From Vicugna vicugna (lineage: Eukaryota): DNA of 64,000 bases. This document shows positions 14,425-25,547 of this stretch, piece after piece. How positions within the stretch are numbered: position 1 is the stretch's first letter; every line of letters starts with the position of its first letter. The translations under genes were made by a program, and so were the position numbers. The stretch spans positions 1,141,696-1,205,695 of the forward strand of contig MU058540.1 of assembly GCA_013265495.1 (NCBI GenBank). The letters are read 5' to 3'. Under the pieces are notes generated by a model. The model made no database searches. It saw only the letters and a list, made by a program, of their open reading frames with translations, and was not told the origin of the DNA.

Positions 14425-14454
14425 TCAGCCGCTGGCCCGCCGCGGCCGCCTCAT
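14425..14454 (-). other. uORF2 of NUDT3, 9 aa: MRRPRRASG*
   Basis: Its ATG (14454-14452) overlaps the uORF1 stop as ATGA. In frame with the main ORF (168 nt upstream) but closed by TGA at 14427-14425. Confidence 0.45.
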
Positions 14455-14567
14455 TCCCCCCGGCCCAGGCTCCGCGCCGCCGCCGCCGTCACGGCCGCCG
14501 TCGCCGCCGCCGCCACGGCCGCCGCCCCCTCTGCCGCCGCCACCCCCGACGACGACCGCACCGCCAT
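14451..14567 (-). other. uORF1 of NUDT3, 38 aa, alanine-rich: MAVRSSSGVAAAEGAAAVAAAATAAVTAAAARSLGRGE*
   Basis: ATG in strong context CAACATGGCGG; TGA at 14453-14451; out of frame with the main ATG (281 nt upstream). Translation is not demonstrated. Confidence 0.55.
14474..14541 (-). repeat. Interrupted (GCG/CGG)n trinucleotide repeat in the NUDT3 leader
   Basis: The + strand shows repeated ccgccgccg runs interrupted by gtcacg, gtcg, acg and ccct. Confidence 0.85.
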
Positions 14568-15574
14568 GTTGGGCGCGCTGCGTCAGCGGCGTAAGGCCCT
14601 GCCAGCCTGCGGAACGGCCGCGCGCTCGCAACGCAGGCCACGTTCGGGAATCGCGCCCTCCCAATCCGCGCGGCGTAAACGAGCGTCTGGAAGGGGAAAG
14701 CCGCGCGACTAAAGGCGGCTGAAACGCCAGTAGCGTAGGGGTGGGGACCTTGGGGCGCGCGGGAGGAAGCCCAGGGAGAAAGGGGTGCGGTTGCAGGGTT
14801 GACCCGCTCGGCAGAGGAAGGGTAAGCGAGGATTTGCCTAAAGTCGCGCCACGAGTGCGCAGCCGAAGACAAACCAAGGTCAGGCCGCCCGGGCCTTGAC
14901 CCTGCGCGTTCATCTGAGAGCCGAGAAAGGGGGAAGATCTGGAGGTAAAAATGGGATCCAATTAAACGCAAATTAATCAGGGTACAGCCTGAGATGCCTG
15001 GGATTAAGCACTGCACGGAAACGGGTCGGGGGTGTTGCACATTGTATTCACATACAGAAGCTCTGGAAGTCTTTCGGGCTGGGGCATGCAGTCCATTAGA
15101 ACAGGTTTTTATTCTACATTCCTTTATTGGTGCAAAGTAGCACATGCTTCCTCTTTAGGTAAACAGGATGGCCAGAAAGGGGTGTGGTGTGTGTGTGATG
15201 TGATGCAAATCTTAAGACATTATCATGTTTGGCAGTGAAGGAGGAGGATATACTGCGGATGTCAAACAGACTCTCCAGGGAAAGATACACAGCCAGATGC
15301 TCTACAGCAGGGAAAAATGGGACCTGTGAATGTTCTCAGACCAAACCTAGTACCATGACAACTCCCTGAATGTGCTGAAAATCCTATACATGATTTGTCT
15401 GTGAATTACTTATTACCCGTTTTAAATTTGCTTGTATTTAGCATCGTCAAAAAAACAAACCAACCAACCTAGGCTGGAATCTCATTTTATATCATTTATT
15501 TACCCCTGTAAAATAGAAATAATAAACGCATTTTGGCACCTGGCACATAGTAGTCACTCAATACATTGTAAGTA

Positions 15575-16033
15575 CACGCATGTACTTTACTTTTTTGCAC
15601 TTTGCAGGCATTGTGTTTTTTACAAATTGAAGGTCAACCTTGCATTGAGCAACATTCTTCCAACACCATTTTCCCACGTATTTGCTTAGTTCATGTCTCT
15701 GTCACATTTTGGTAATTATCACAACATTTCAAACTTTTTAATTATTACGTTTTGTTATGGTTACCTATGATCAGTGATCTTTGATGTTACTAACTACAAC
15801 TTACTGAAGGCTCAGATGATGGTTGGCATTCTTTAGCAATAAAGTGTTTTTAAATTAAGGTATATACGTTGTTTTTTTAGACGTAATGCTATTACACACT
15901 TAATAGACTACAGTTTAGTGTAAACATATGCACTAGGAAACCAAAAAATTCCTGTGACTTGCTTTATTGAGATATTTGCTTTATTTACTGCATGGTCTAG
16001 AACTGAACCAGCAATATCTCCAAGGTATGCCTG
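15575..16033 (+). mobile_element. Tigger1-derived non-autonomous DNA transposon (TcMar)
   Basis: TA flanks, 3' TIR aggtatgcctg; colinear with the copy at 24878-25547. Confidence 0.85.
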
Positions 16034-18215
16034 TAATGTTATTGCATTCTACTAAACCTTTGTCACATAAATGTGCAGTTTCAGTTAGTTTTGGTCAATC
16101 TTCATGCAACTGAATTCCCGAAATACTGATCATTTTGGTTGTCTTTCTAGCTTTCTCCTCTTCTATTATATCTCTAATTTAAAAGAAAGGAAGATAACAC
16201 TGAAAGTTCTGATTGTAGAAATACTGTAACATTAGCATTGTCAAAAATTTGCAAAATACATAGTGTTTTTTTTTTTTAGTAAAAAAAACTAAATTATGTA
16301 TCTCTTTGAGCACATTCTGTAGAGATTTGTATCCTGCTTTACCAGTAGTCCAGCATAGGGATATACCATCAATTATTTTACCATTTCCCCATTGTTGGAA
16401 GCTTAGGTTGTGTCCTGTGTTTCATTAGAACAACAGTAAACATCCCTGTATACAAATCCTTGTCCCTTACACAGATAGGTCCTCAAGATAAATTTTCAGA
16501 TGCAGATCAAGAGGAGTAGGAACACGTTTATGGCTCTTGCTACCTGTTGCCAAAGGCTTCCCAGAAAAATGTGAGTACAGTTACACTAGCGGCTAGACAG
16601 CTAGACTGTACTATCTTCCACTTTCTTAAGGTTGAGAGCAGAATTGTAAATGGCATTCCAAGTCTCAGTACCCCAGAGTAAAGATAATAAGCAAATTAGA
16701 CTGTCAACTCCTTGAGGGTAGGCACTGTGTGATTTACCTTGATATCTCCACCTCCTAATACAAGGCTTTGTCCAAAATAAGAACTCAGGAAATGTTAATT
16801 GACTAGATGGATGGAGGTTTCCTGTTGGTTTCTAATTCCTTCAGCTTTCATGGGCCTCTTTAGTTGCAAGAACCCACTAGATCACTCCCAGATCCCTTGC
16901 CTTAATAGAAAATAATTTTTTTTCACTTAGGAAACATTAACCAAGGGAGTCCACCCTTTCCTGGAGCATAATGGGTAAACACTAGATTTAAATTAATAAA
17001 GTAATTGTACTTATTACCATATTCTTCCAGTTAAATACTTTTCTGAAAGTCCTACAAGAAAAAACATACATGAAATGTTGCCTATGACCACATTAAAGAG
17101 TAACTCCTCAGTTGCCTAAATCAGAAACCTGGGAGTAGTTGGTATATCTTGCCTTCCATCCAATTGATAATAAACTCCAATGCTTCTGCCTTCTTGACAT
17201 CCTCAAACCCCAGCCCCTTCCCTCCTTGCCTGCTGCCATTACTTCATTAGGACTCTCCCTCTTTCTTGAACTGTGGTCTTCCTGGCTCCCATCCAGCCCC
17301 CTTCAACCCCATCTACCCGCAAGAGGAATCCTTCCCAAATGCAGATCTGAAAAAGTCTTGGCCTTGATTAAAAACCTATAGTTGCTGCTCAGTGATTTGA
17401 AGATAAAATCCAAGTTCCACCAGGAGACAGAAGACCCCGCAGGAGCTGGTCCCTGCCAGGCTTACCCTATAGTCTGGTCGTTCTGAACTACCTATACAGT
17501 TCTTGGACCTCTAGACAACCTCCCAAGTCTCTGAACATTCTTCTCTGTTGTCTAGAGGGCTTGTTTTCCAAGATGCTCACACACTCCATTGTCCCTCTCC
17601 TCCCACCCAGAAAGAGGCCAAATTATATTTATCCTTCAGAACACAGGTTAAAAGTCACCTCCTCCTGGAAGCCCTCCTTAACTGCTTCTATGCCTCCTAC
17701 TAGCCTGGTTATTTGTCACATAGTATTGCCATTGTTTTCTTGCCAGTCTCACATTTCAAACTTCTTGAAGTCACAGTCTGTGTCAAACTCATCCTTGCTT
17801 ATTTCACTAGCAATTATCCCCAGGATCTGACACACACATCTCAAAAAAAAAAAAAATCTTAATGAAAGAATAGCTGTTGCCTTTCCAAAACTTGTTTACT
17901 ATAGTGCTCAATCACTTGTCCAGTATGGAATGAGACTCACCTGTCTATAGGAATACCTCCATATGACACACCTAATACCAGACTTCTGAATGAAGATCAC
18001 ACAGTGTTGTCCTGATTGACACATTTTGGAGATCATCTGCAGCAACTTTTTAGAGCCTGGATGGAATGGCAAACAAAATACAGAAAATTGGTTTTCACAG
18101 GATCCTTACTCCACCCTGCTTCTTTAACATGCCTCTCACTCCTGCCATCTCCCAGGACTACCTTGTTCATGCCATCAAGACCCCAGGAGTATATTCTGTT
18201 TCTGATCTTTGCTTT

Positions 18216-18698
18216 TGTATTAGTTACCTATTGCTGCATAACAAATCCCCCTCCCCACAAAATAGTGGCTTAAAACGTGAATTATTTCTTATTTCTCATG
18301 GTTTCTGTGGGTTAAGAATCCTGGAATGGCTTGGTGTCTCTCATAAGGTTGCAGTCAGGTGTTGGCTGGGGCTGCAGTCATCTGAAGGCTTGATTGGAGC
18401 TGGAGGATCCACTTCCAGTTGAAAGTCCACCTCTCCATTGTAGACTTTTCCATGGGGCTGCTTGAGCATCCTCATGACATGGTGGCTAGATTCCTCCCAA
18501 AGAAAACACTACGAGATTCCAAGACTGAACTGTAATGCCTTCTATGACTTAGCCTTGAAAGTCACACTTTTATTAGTTCCATGGCTTTCTATTGATCACT
18601 TAAGTCTGGCTGACTCAGTGTGGGAGGGGGGTTACACAAAGGCATGAAAACCAGGAGGCAAGGATCACTGGGGGCCATACTAGAAGCTGCCTACCACA
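18216..18698 (-). mobile_element. MaLR solo LTR (MLT1 family)
   Basis: tgtattagttacctattgctgcataacaaa...gctgcctaccaca termini. Confidence 0.8.
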
Positions 18699-19109
18699 CC
18701 TCTCAGAAAAGTGACCTCATCTGTAGTTTGTTCCTTCACTGCCCATATTTCCTAGATGGTATACTTAACAGAGAGCAAGGAGATAATTCTTGAGAAGGCA
18801 CTACCCTTCCTTACATAATTGGTGGCCTGACAAATACATCATTCTACTAAAAAAGTTCAATTTTCTAAACGTCCTGTAGGGTAAAGCTCTAATAAATATA
18901 TTTCAAGTCCCACAGCAGGCCTAAGGGGAAATTTTTTAATAGATCCAGAAAGTCAAACATGTTTACTCATCCCTTCCACTGGGGTTAGTCACAATTTTGG
19001 CCCATGCCTTCATCTACTTCGATGCCACTATATTTACTGCTATAAGGTTCTAGCCCTTCTCATCTGACCAGGATTTTTTTCATTCAGAAGTGGAATATCT
19101 CATCAGAGA

Positions 19110-22100
19110 CAAAGAGGCATATCAAGAAAACCTAACAATTAAAAACATGTAAGCACCTAATAACAGCTTCAAAATACATGGAAGTAAAAACAATACTAAA
19201 GGGTGAAGATTGTACTCCTGGGCATTTATCCTAGGGAAATAAAGATTCATGTTTTCTGAAAAACATGTACATATGTGTTTATGGCAGCTTTACTTGTAAT
19301 AGCCTAAAACTGGCATCAATTCAGATGTCCTTCAGTGGGTGAATGGCTAACCAAACTGTGGTGCATTCATACCATGGAATACTACTCAGAAATAAAAAGG
19401 AATAAACTATTGAAACATGAAACAATCTGGATGGGTCTCCAGAGAATTATGCTGAGTGAAAAAAGCCAATACCAAAAGGTTGCACACTGTATGGGTCCAC
19501 TTAAATAACATTTATGAAATAACAAAATTGTGGAAATGGAGTACAGATTTTTGGTTGCCAAGGGTTAAGGCAGGTATTGAGGTGGGAAATGGCTATAGAA
19601 AGGCAACATGAGGGATCCTTGAGGTGATGAAAATATTCTTTATCTTGACTGTATCAATATCAATATCCTGGTTGTGATATTGTTTTGCAAGATTTTACTT
19701 TCAAGATATAGTTTTGCAACACACCACTGGGAGAAACTGGGAAAAGGTGCACAGGCTGTCTCTGTATTATTTCTTACAACTGCATGTAAATCTACAAATA
19801 TCTCTAAAGGTTTAATTTGAGTGTTCAATTTTTTTCCAGCTTCACAGAAGTATAACTGATAAAGTTTAATTTTTCAAAAATTGAGCGAAAGATCTAATAG
19901 AGCCTTCACAAAAAAAGATATGAGGAATGGCCAATAAACACTTCAAAGATGTTCATCATCGTGAGTCATCAGGGAAATACAAATTTAAACCACATGAATT
20001 ATACCAGAATGGTTAAATTTTTAAATATTGAAATGAAAAAGACTGACAACATCAAATGTTGGGAGAATGTGGAACAACTGTAACTCTCATACATACTTTG
20101 TTGGTAGAAATGTAAAGTGGTACAACCACTTTTGAAACTTGTTTGAAAATTCCTCAAAAAGTTAAAAATATAACTATTCTGTGACCCAATAATTCCACTT
20201 CTAGGTATTTACCTGAGGGAATTAAAAATATATATCCACAAAAACTTGAATAAGAATGTTCATAAGGCCAAAAATTGCCAACAGCCCAGGTGACCATCAA
20301 TAAAAGGATAGATGGACAAACTACAGTATAGCTAGACAACAGAATGTTATTTATCCACAAAGGGACACACTAATGATACACATATCAACACGGATGAATC
20401 TCAAAAACATTATGCTGAGTGAAAAAACCTTTACACAAGAGTCATACTGTATAATTCTATAATACGAAGTCCTAGAATAGGCAGAACTAATGTATGGTGA
20501 GGGGGAAAAAAAAGCCAGAACAATAGTTGCTTTGTGGGTATAGAGATGAGGATTAACTGGGAAAAGGAATAAGAGAAGTTTCTGTAATGATAGTAAAATT
20601 CTAAATCTTAACTGAGGTTTGCGTTACACGATCATAGTGTCACAACACAGTGAAAGTACACTAAAGATTTGTGTATTTCACTTGTGTAAATAATATTGAT
20701 CTATAATTAATAATATACATGCTGAAGTATTTAGGGGGTAGAGTACTATTGTCTGCAATTTATTTGGAAATATATTTTAAAAATAAGATGTATTGATGGA
20801 TGGATATATGAATAGATGCATAAATGGATAGGTGATTAAGTTTACTAAAACATTCAGGGTAGAATCTAGGTGGTGGGAATATAAGTGTTCACTATAACAT
20901 TCCGAACAGAATTTTACAAGTGCTATATTTTCATAATAAAGTGTTGGCTAAAAAATGAACTTTGACTTCTATATCACTCCATACACCAAAAAATAATTTG
21001 AGATGATCATAGACCTAAACATAAAACCAAGACTCACAAAGCTTCTAGAAGAAAGTATAGGAGAATATCTTCATGACCTCAGAGTAGGTAAAAATTCCTT
21101 AGAGGCCACCAAGAGCACAAACTATAAAAGGAAAAACCTGATGAACTGGATTTCATCAAAGTTATAGCCTGCTCATCAAAAGACACATTAAGAAAATAAA
21201 CAGACAAGTCTAGAAGACACGTTTGAGATATACAAATGATCAGTAAGCACAAGAAAAAGTGTTCAACATCATTGGTAACCAATGAAATGCAAATTAAAAC
21301 TACAATGAGATACCACTAGATCTCTAAGATAGCTGAAGTTAAAAGGACTGACAGCAGCAAATGCTGAAGAGGATGCTGAGTAACTGGAACTCTCAAACAT
21401 TGCTGTTGAGAATATAAAATGGTACAAATACTTTGGAGAACTGTTTGGCAAGTTAAACACTTGTCTAACTAATAATCCAGCAATTCCACTCCTGGGTATG
21501 TTTACCAAGTATGGTAGGTAGAATAATGTCCCCTCTCCCACAAGATGTCCATGTTGTAATTCCCAGAACCTATGAATACATTACCTTACATGCAGAAAGG
21601 GACTTTGCAGATGTGATTAAGTTAAGCATCTTGAGATGGGGATTATTAACCTGCATTATCTGGGTGAACTCAGTGTAATCATAATGGTTCTTACAAGGGA
21701 AAGAGAGACAGGGGAGTCAGAGGCAGAGAAAAAGATGTGATGACAGAAGTAGAGGTCAGAGGGCGAAAGATTTAAAGATACTGGCTTTAAGATGCTGGAA
21801 GGGGCATGGAATACAGGCAGCTTCCAGAAGCTGGAGAAGGCAAGAAAACAGATTCTCCCCAAGGTGGCCGGAGGAACACAGCCCTGCTGACCCACTTGGA
21901 ACTTCTAACCCCTAGAACAGTAAGAAAGAAGAAATTTGTGTTGTTTTAGGCCACTAAGTGTGTGTGAATTTGTTACAGCAGCAATAGGAAACTAATCCAC
22001 CTAGCAAAAATGAAAACCTATATCCACAAAAGGACTTGCACAAAATTTTCACAGCAGCTTTATTCATAATGGCCAAACACCACCAATGTCCATCTGAGAA

Positions 22101-23430
22101 GGCAGGTGGATTAACTGGGAAGAGACATAAGAGAATTTTATGGGAAAAGTGAAATGTTCTGTATCTTGATGGGGTGTCAATGCCTTTCAGTCACAAACCA
22201 AGCATGTACCTGTAAACAAGTTGGGATTTTTTTTTTTCCTCGCAATGAGGGACAAGACTTACTATGCAGAAGCATAGAGTATCTCAGGAAGAAGGCTAAA
22301 AATTACTTAGGTGATTTGGGGAAGATTTTAAGGAAACAGGGCTTTGTTCTAGATTGGATGCTGTCAGGAAGCAAGGTAATTCTATGATTGTGTATCTTAA
22401 AAAAATCTTTCCTAGAACGAGGGAGGAATGAACATGGCTAATGCCATAACTGGTAGAGAAGCAGTCCCTGATAGCTGGAAAAGGGGGGTGTTATATTAGT
22501 GGTTTGCATAGTGAACTTGTTTTTGTCTCTGCTTGGACAAGATTATAAAGTGGTCTTGGTTTTTTGTCTCCTTTATCAGAGTCACAGTCACCTTGTCTGA
22601 TGCTGATGTTTGACGACTTTATTTATATCCAACAGGAGAATGACATGGCCTCACTGTGAGCACCAGGCCAATTTTCAGCATGCCAAGGCCTAGCTGTAAG
22701 GGTGGGGCCGGTTCCTGGATGTCAGGGGCTGCTTTTCTCTTTTAGGCAAGTGAGTTACATAGTTATATCCATTTGTCAAAAGGGTGGAGTTAGAGTTTGT
22801 ATATTTCAATGTCAGTGGTACCCAAAATACCTGTATAGAGAAAATCAAAATGAAAAAACAAACCGTAGTACATCCACACAATGGACTACTACTCAGCAAT
22901 AGAAAGGAGTAAACTACTGATACAGGCAACATCATAGATAAATCTTACAACAATATGCTGAGAAAAAGAAGCCTGACACAAAAGAGGACATACTGAGAAA
23001 AACAACAAAAAAGAAACTAGAAACACAAAAAAATGAAGAAGGAAAAAAAAAAAAGAGGGCATACTGTATGGCCCCATTTATCTGATATTTTGGAAAAGGC
23101 AAAATTACAGAGACCAAGGACACTGGTTGTCAGGGTGTTGACCACAAAGGGGGACCTTTTTAGGGTGATGGAAAGGGTCTATAGGCTTCACTGTTGTGGT
23201 AGTTACATGCCTATATGTTTATCAAAACTCAGAACTGTATTTCTGAAAAGGGTAAATTTTACTGCATGTAAATTACTTCAATAAATTTGACTTTAAAAAA
23301 ATAAGTTAGGAGTATAGGGATTAATGTAACGAGAATGGCAGAATGTTGATGACTATTGAAGCTCAGTGGTTGTTTATTACACTCATATGTTTATCTCATG
23401 TGTGTTCGAAATCTTCCATAATAAAATTTT
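19110..23430 (+). mobile_element. Cluster of old L1M 3' fragments with nested LTRs
   Basis: Repeated L1 3' motifs (ccagcaattccactcctggg, atggaatactactcag, atgctgagtgaaa). Boundaries approximate. Confidence 0.8.
21510..21999 (+). mobile_element. MaLR solo LTR (MLT1C/D-like) nested in L1M
   Basis: gactttgcagatgtgattaag...gcagcaataggaaactaatcca; TSD ccaag/cctag; L1 sequence resumes after it. Confidence 0.82.
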
Positions 23431-24229
23431 TTTCTTTTAACAGAAGGGGAAAATCTCCATCTTTGATGGAGGCAAAGATGTCACCGAGTCATCTGACTGT
23501 TCATTCCCCTGTACACTCTTTGCACATTAATGAACTGATGACCTTAGATTCTCAAACTGACCTCCTGCCTTTCATGTGCTTAAATAAACTAGAACAATTT
23601 ACTTTGACATTTCTTGCTGGTACTCTACAGAATTTTTTTAATGCCATTTGATTCATAGCTTTCACAAGTTTTGCCCCAATTTGAGGTCTCTTTATTCCCT
23701 CGGCTTGGTTATCCTCTCCCATTTAATATTTATTTATTTTTAAAGATGCCCTTTCCCTCACAATGGCCTCTTTGATATGTCAGTAAACTATGCAGGGCTT
23801 ATTTTTCAAGTGGCTGTTCTTCTGGATTTGTGCCATGCATTTATCACGGGCTTCCAATAAAGCACTTTTAAATAGAAATGGGCTCCAGGCTTTCTACGGG
23901 CTGTAACTTTTTAAACAATTCCTTTCATTTCTCCCCCCTTAATGCCCTCATTCTGTCCTAGTTTCCCTTTCTAAAACTGAGCAATCAAATGATGGATTTT
24001 CCCCCCTCCCTTTCCCATTAGCAGGCTGAATGTGTATTGTGGTCACTATTGACTGAGTGGTTTACCCATGACCACTCAGTGCCCCAGTGTGGTCACTGCA
24101 CAGACTCAGATTCAGTTTACTATTTCCTGCAGTGGGCGTTCAAGTATTTGCCAAGCATCCAGCACTCCTGGTCACATCAGTCCTCACCTTTATATTGTTA
24201 ACTGGCTCACTATCAACCTACAGGATAAA

Positions 24230-24877
24230 ATCCAAACTCTTCCCACCTACTAGAAGGGCTAAAATAAAAAGACTGCACAGACCAAGTATCGGTGAAGACG
24301 AAAGTAACTGAAACTCATAAACTGCCGGTGGGAAGTGTAAAAAGGGGCAGCCACTTTGGAAAACAGTTTGACAGGTCCTCAAAATGTTAACCAGAGAGTT
24401 ACTATGCATCCCAGCAACTCCATTCCTGGGAATATACCCAAGAGAACTGAAAATGTATGTCCACACAAACGAACAAGAATGTTCACAACATTAGTCACCA
24501 CAGCCAAAAACTGGAGATAACTCAAATGCCCACTAACAGGTAAATAGATTAAAAATTGTAGTATATTCATACAGCAGAATACTACTCAGCAATAAAAAGG
24601 AACAATTGGTCCATGAAATGACATTGATGAATTGCTAAACGATCTTGCTAAGTTAAAAAAGACAGTCTGTAAGAGAGCACTTACTGTATACTTATATTTA
24701 CATAAAACTCTAGAAAATGCAAACTAACCTATATTGACAGAAAGATCACTTAGAAAGACTAGGAGTGGGGTGAGGGATTATAAACTAACAAAAGGAAACT
24801 TTGAGTCAGAGACGTGTTCATTATCTTGATTTCTTGAGCACATATGTCAAAATTTATCAGATTGTACATTCTAAATA
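24230..24877 (+). mobile_element. Old L1M 3' fragment
   Basis: cccagcaactccattcctgggaatatacccaagagaactgaaa and related L1 3' motifs. Confidence 0.78.
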
Positions 24878-25547
24878 CAGGCATATCTTGTTTTATTGAG
24901 CTTTGCAGATACTGCGTATTTTACAAACTGAAAGTCCGTGGCAACCCTGCATTGAACAATATCGGCACCATTTTTCCAATAGTACTTGCTTACTTCATGT
25001 CTCTGTGACACATTTTGGTAATTCTTACAATATTTCAAACTTTTTCATTATTATTAAATTTGTTGTGGTGATCTGTGATCAGTGCTCTTTTTTAAACAAT
25101 TTTTTAAATATTAAATTGAATATAGTCAGTTTACAATGAATGTGTTAATTTCTGGTGTTTAGCACAGTGATTCAGTTATACATATATATTTTTTTCCTTT
25201 TCATAGTCTTTTTCATTATAGGCTATTACAAGGTATTGAATATAGTTCCCTGTGCTATACAACAGGACCTTGTTGTTTATCTATTGTGATCAGTGATCTT
25301 TGATGTCACTACTACAATTCACTGAAGGCTCAATGATGGTTAGCATTTTTTAGCAATAAAGCATTTTAAAATTGATATGTACTTTTTTTAGACATAACAC
25401 TTGCACATTAATAGACTACAGTATGGTATAATAATAACTTTTATATGCACTGGGAAACCAAAAAGTTTGCGTGACTCATTTTACTGCAGTATTTGCTTTA
25501 TTGAAGTGGTCTGGAACTGAACCCATGACATCTCTGAGGTATGCCTG
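24878..25547 (+). mobile_element. Tigger1-derived element interrupted by an L1 3' end
   Basis: TA|caggcatatct...gaggtatgcctg|TA inverted termini. Confidence 0.88.
25091..25284 (-). mobile_element. Short L1 3'UTR insertion
   Basis: Similar to the 3' end of the L1 at 4935-6283; 17-bp TSD tgtgatcagtg(c/a)tcttt at 25074-25090 and 25285-25301. Confidence 0.85.

Larger units (their letters stand above)
13590..15040 (-). promoter_or_regulatory. NUDT3: NUDT3 CpG-island promoter and 5'UTR
   Basis: Very high GC and CpG density; YY1 motif CCGCCATGTT at 14561-14570; CCAAT at 14661-14665. Island edges and TSS are approximate. Confidence 0.9.

Noticed and set aside
13596..15145. Many long overlapping ORFs (130-218 aa) around NUDT3 exon 1
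   Set aside because: Expected in a stop-poor CpG island; low-complexity Pro/Arg/Gly/Ala and mostly non-ATG starts. Only the 33-aa exon matches a known protein.
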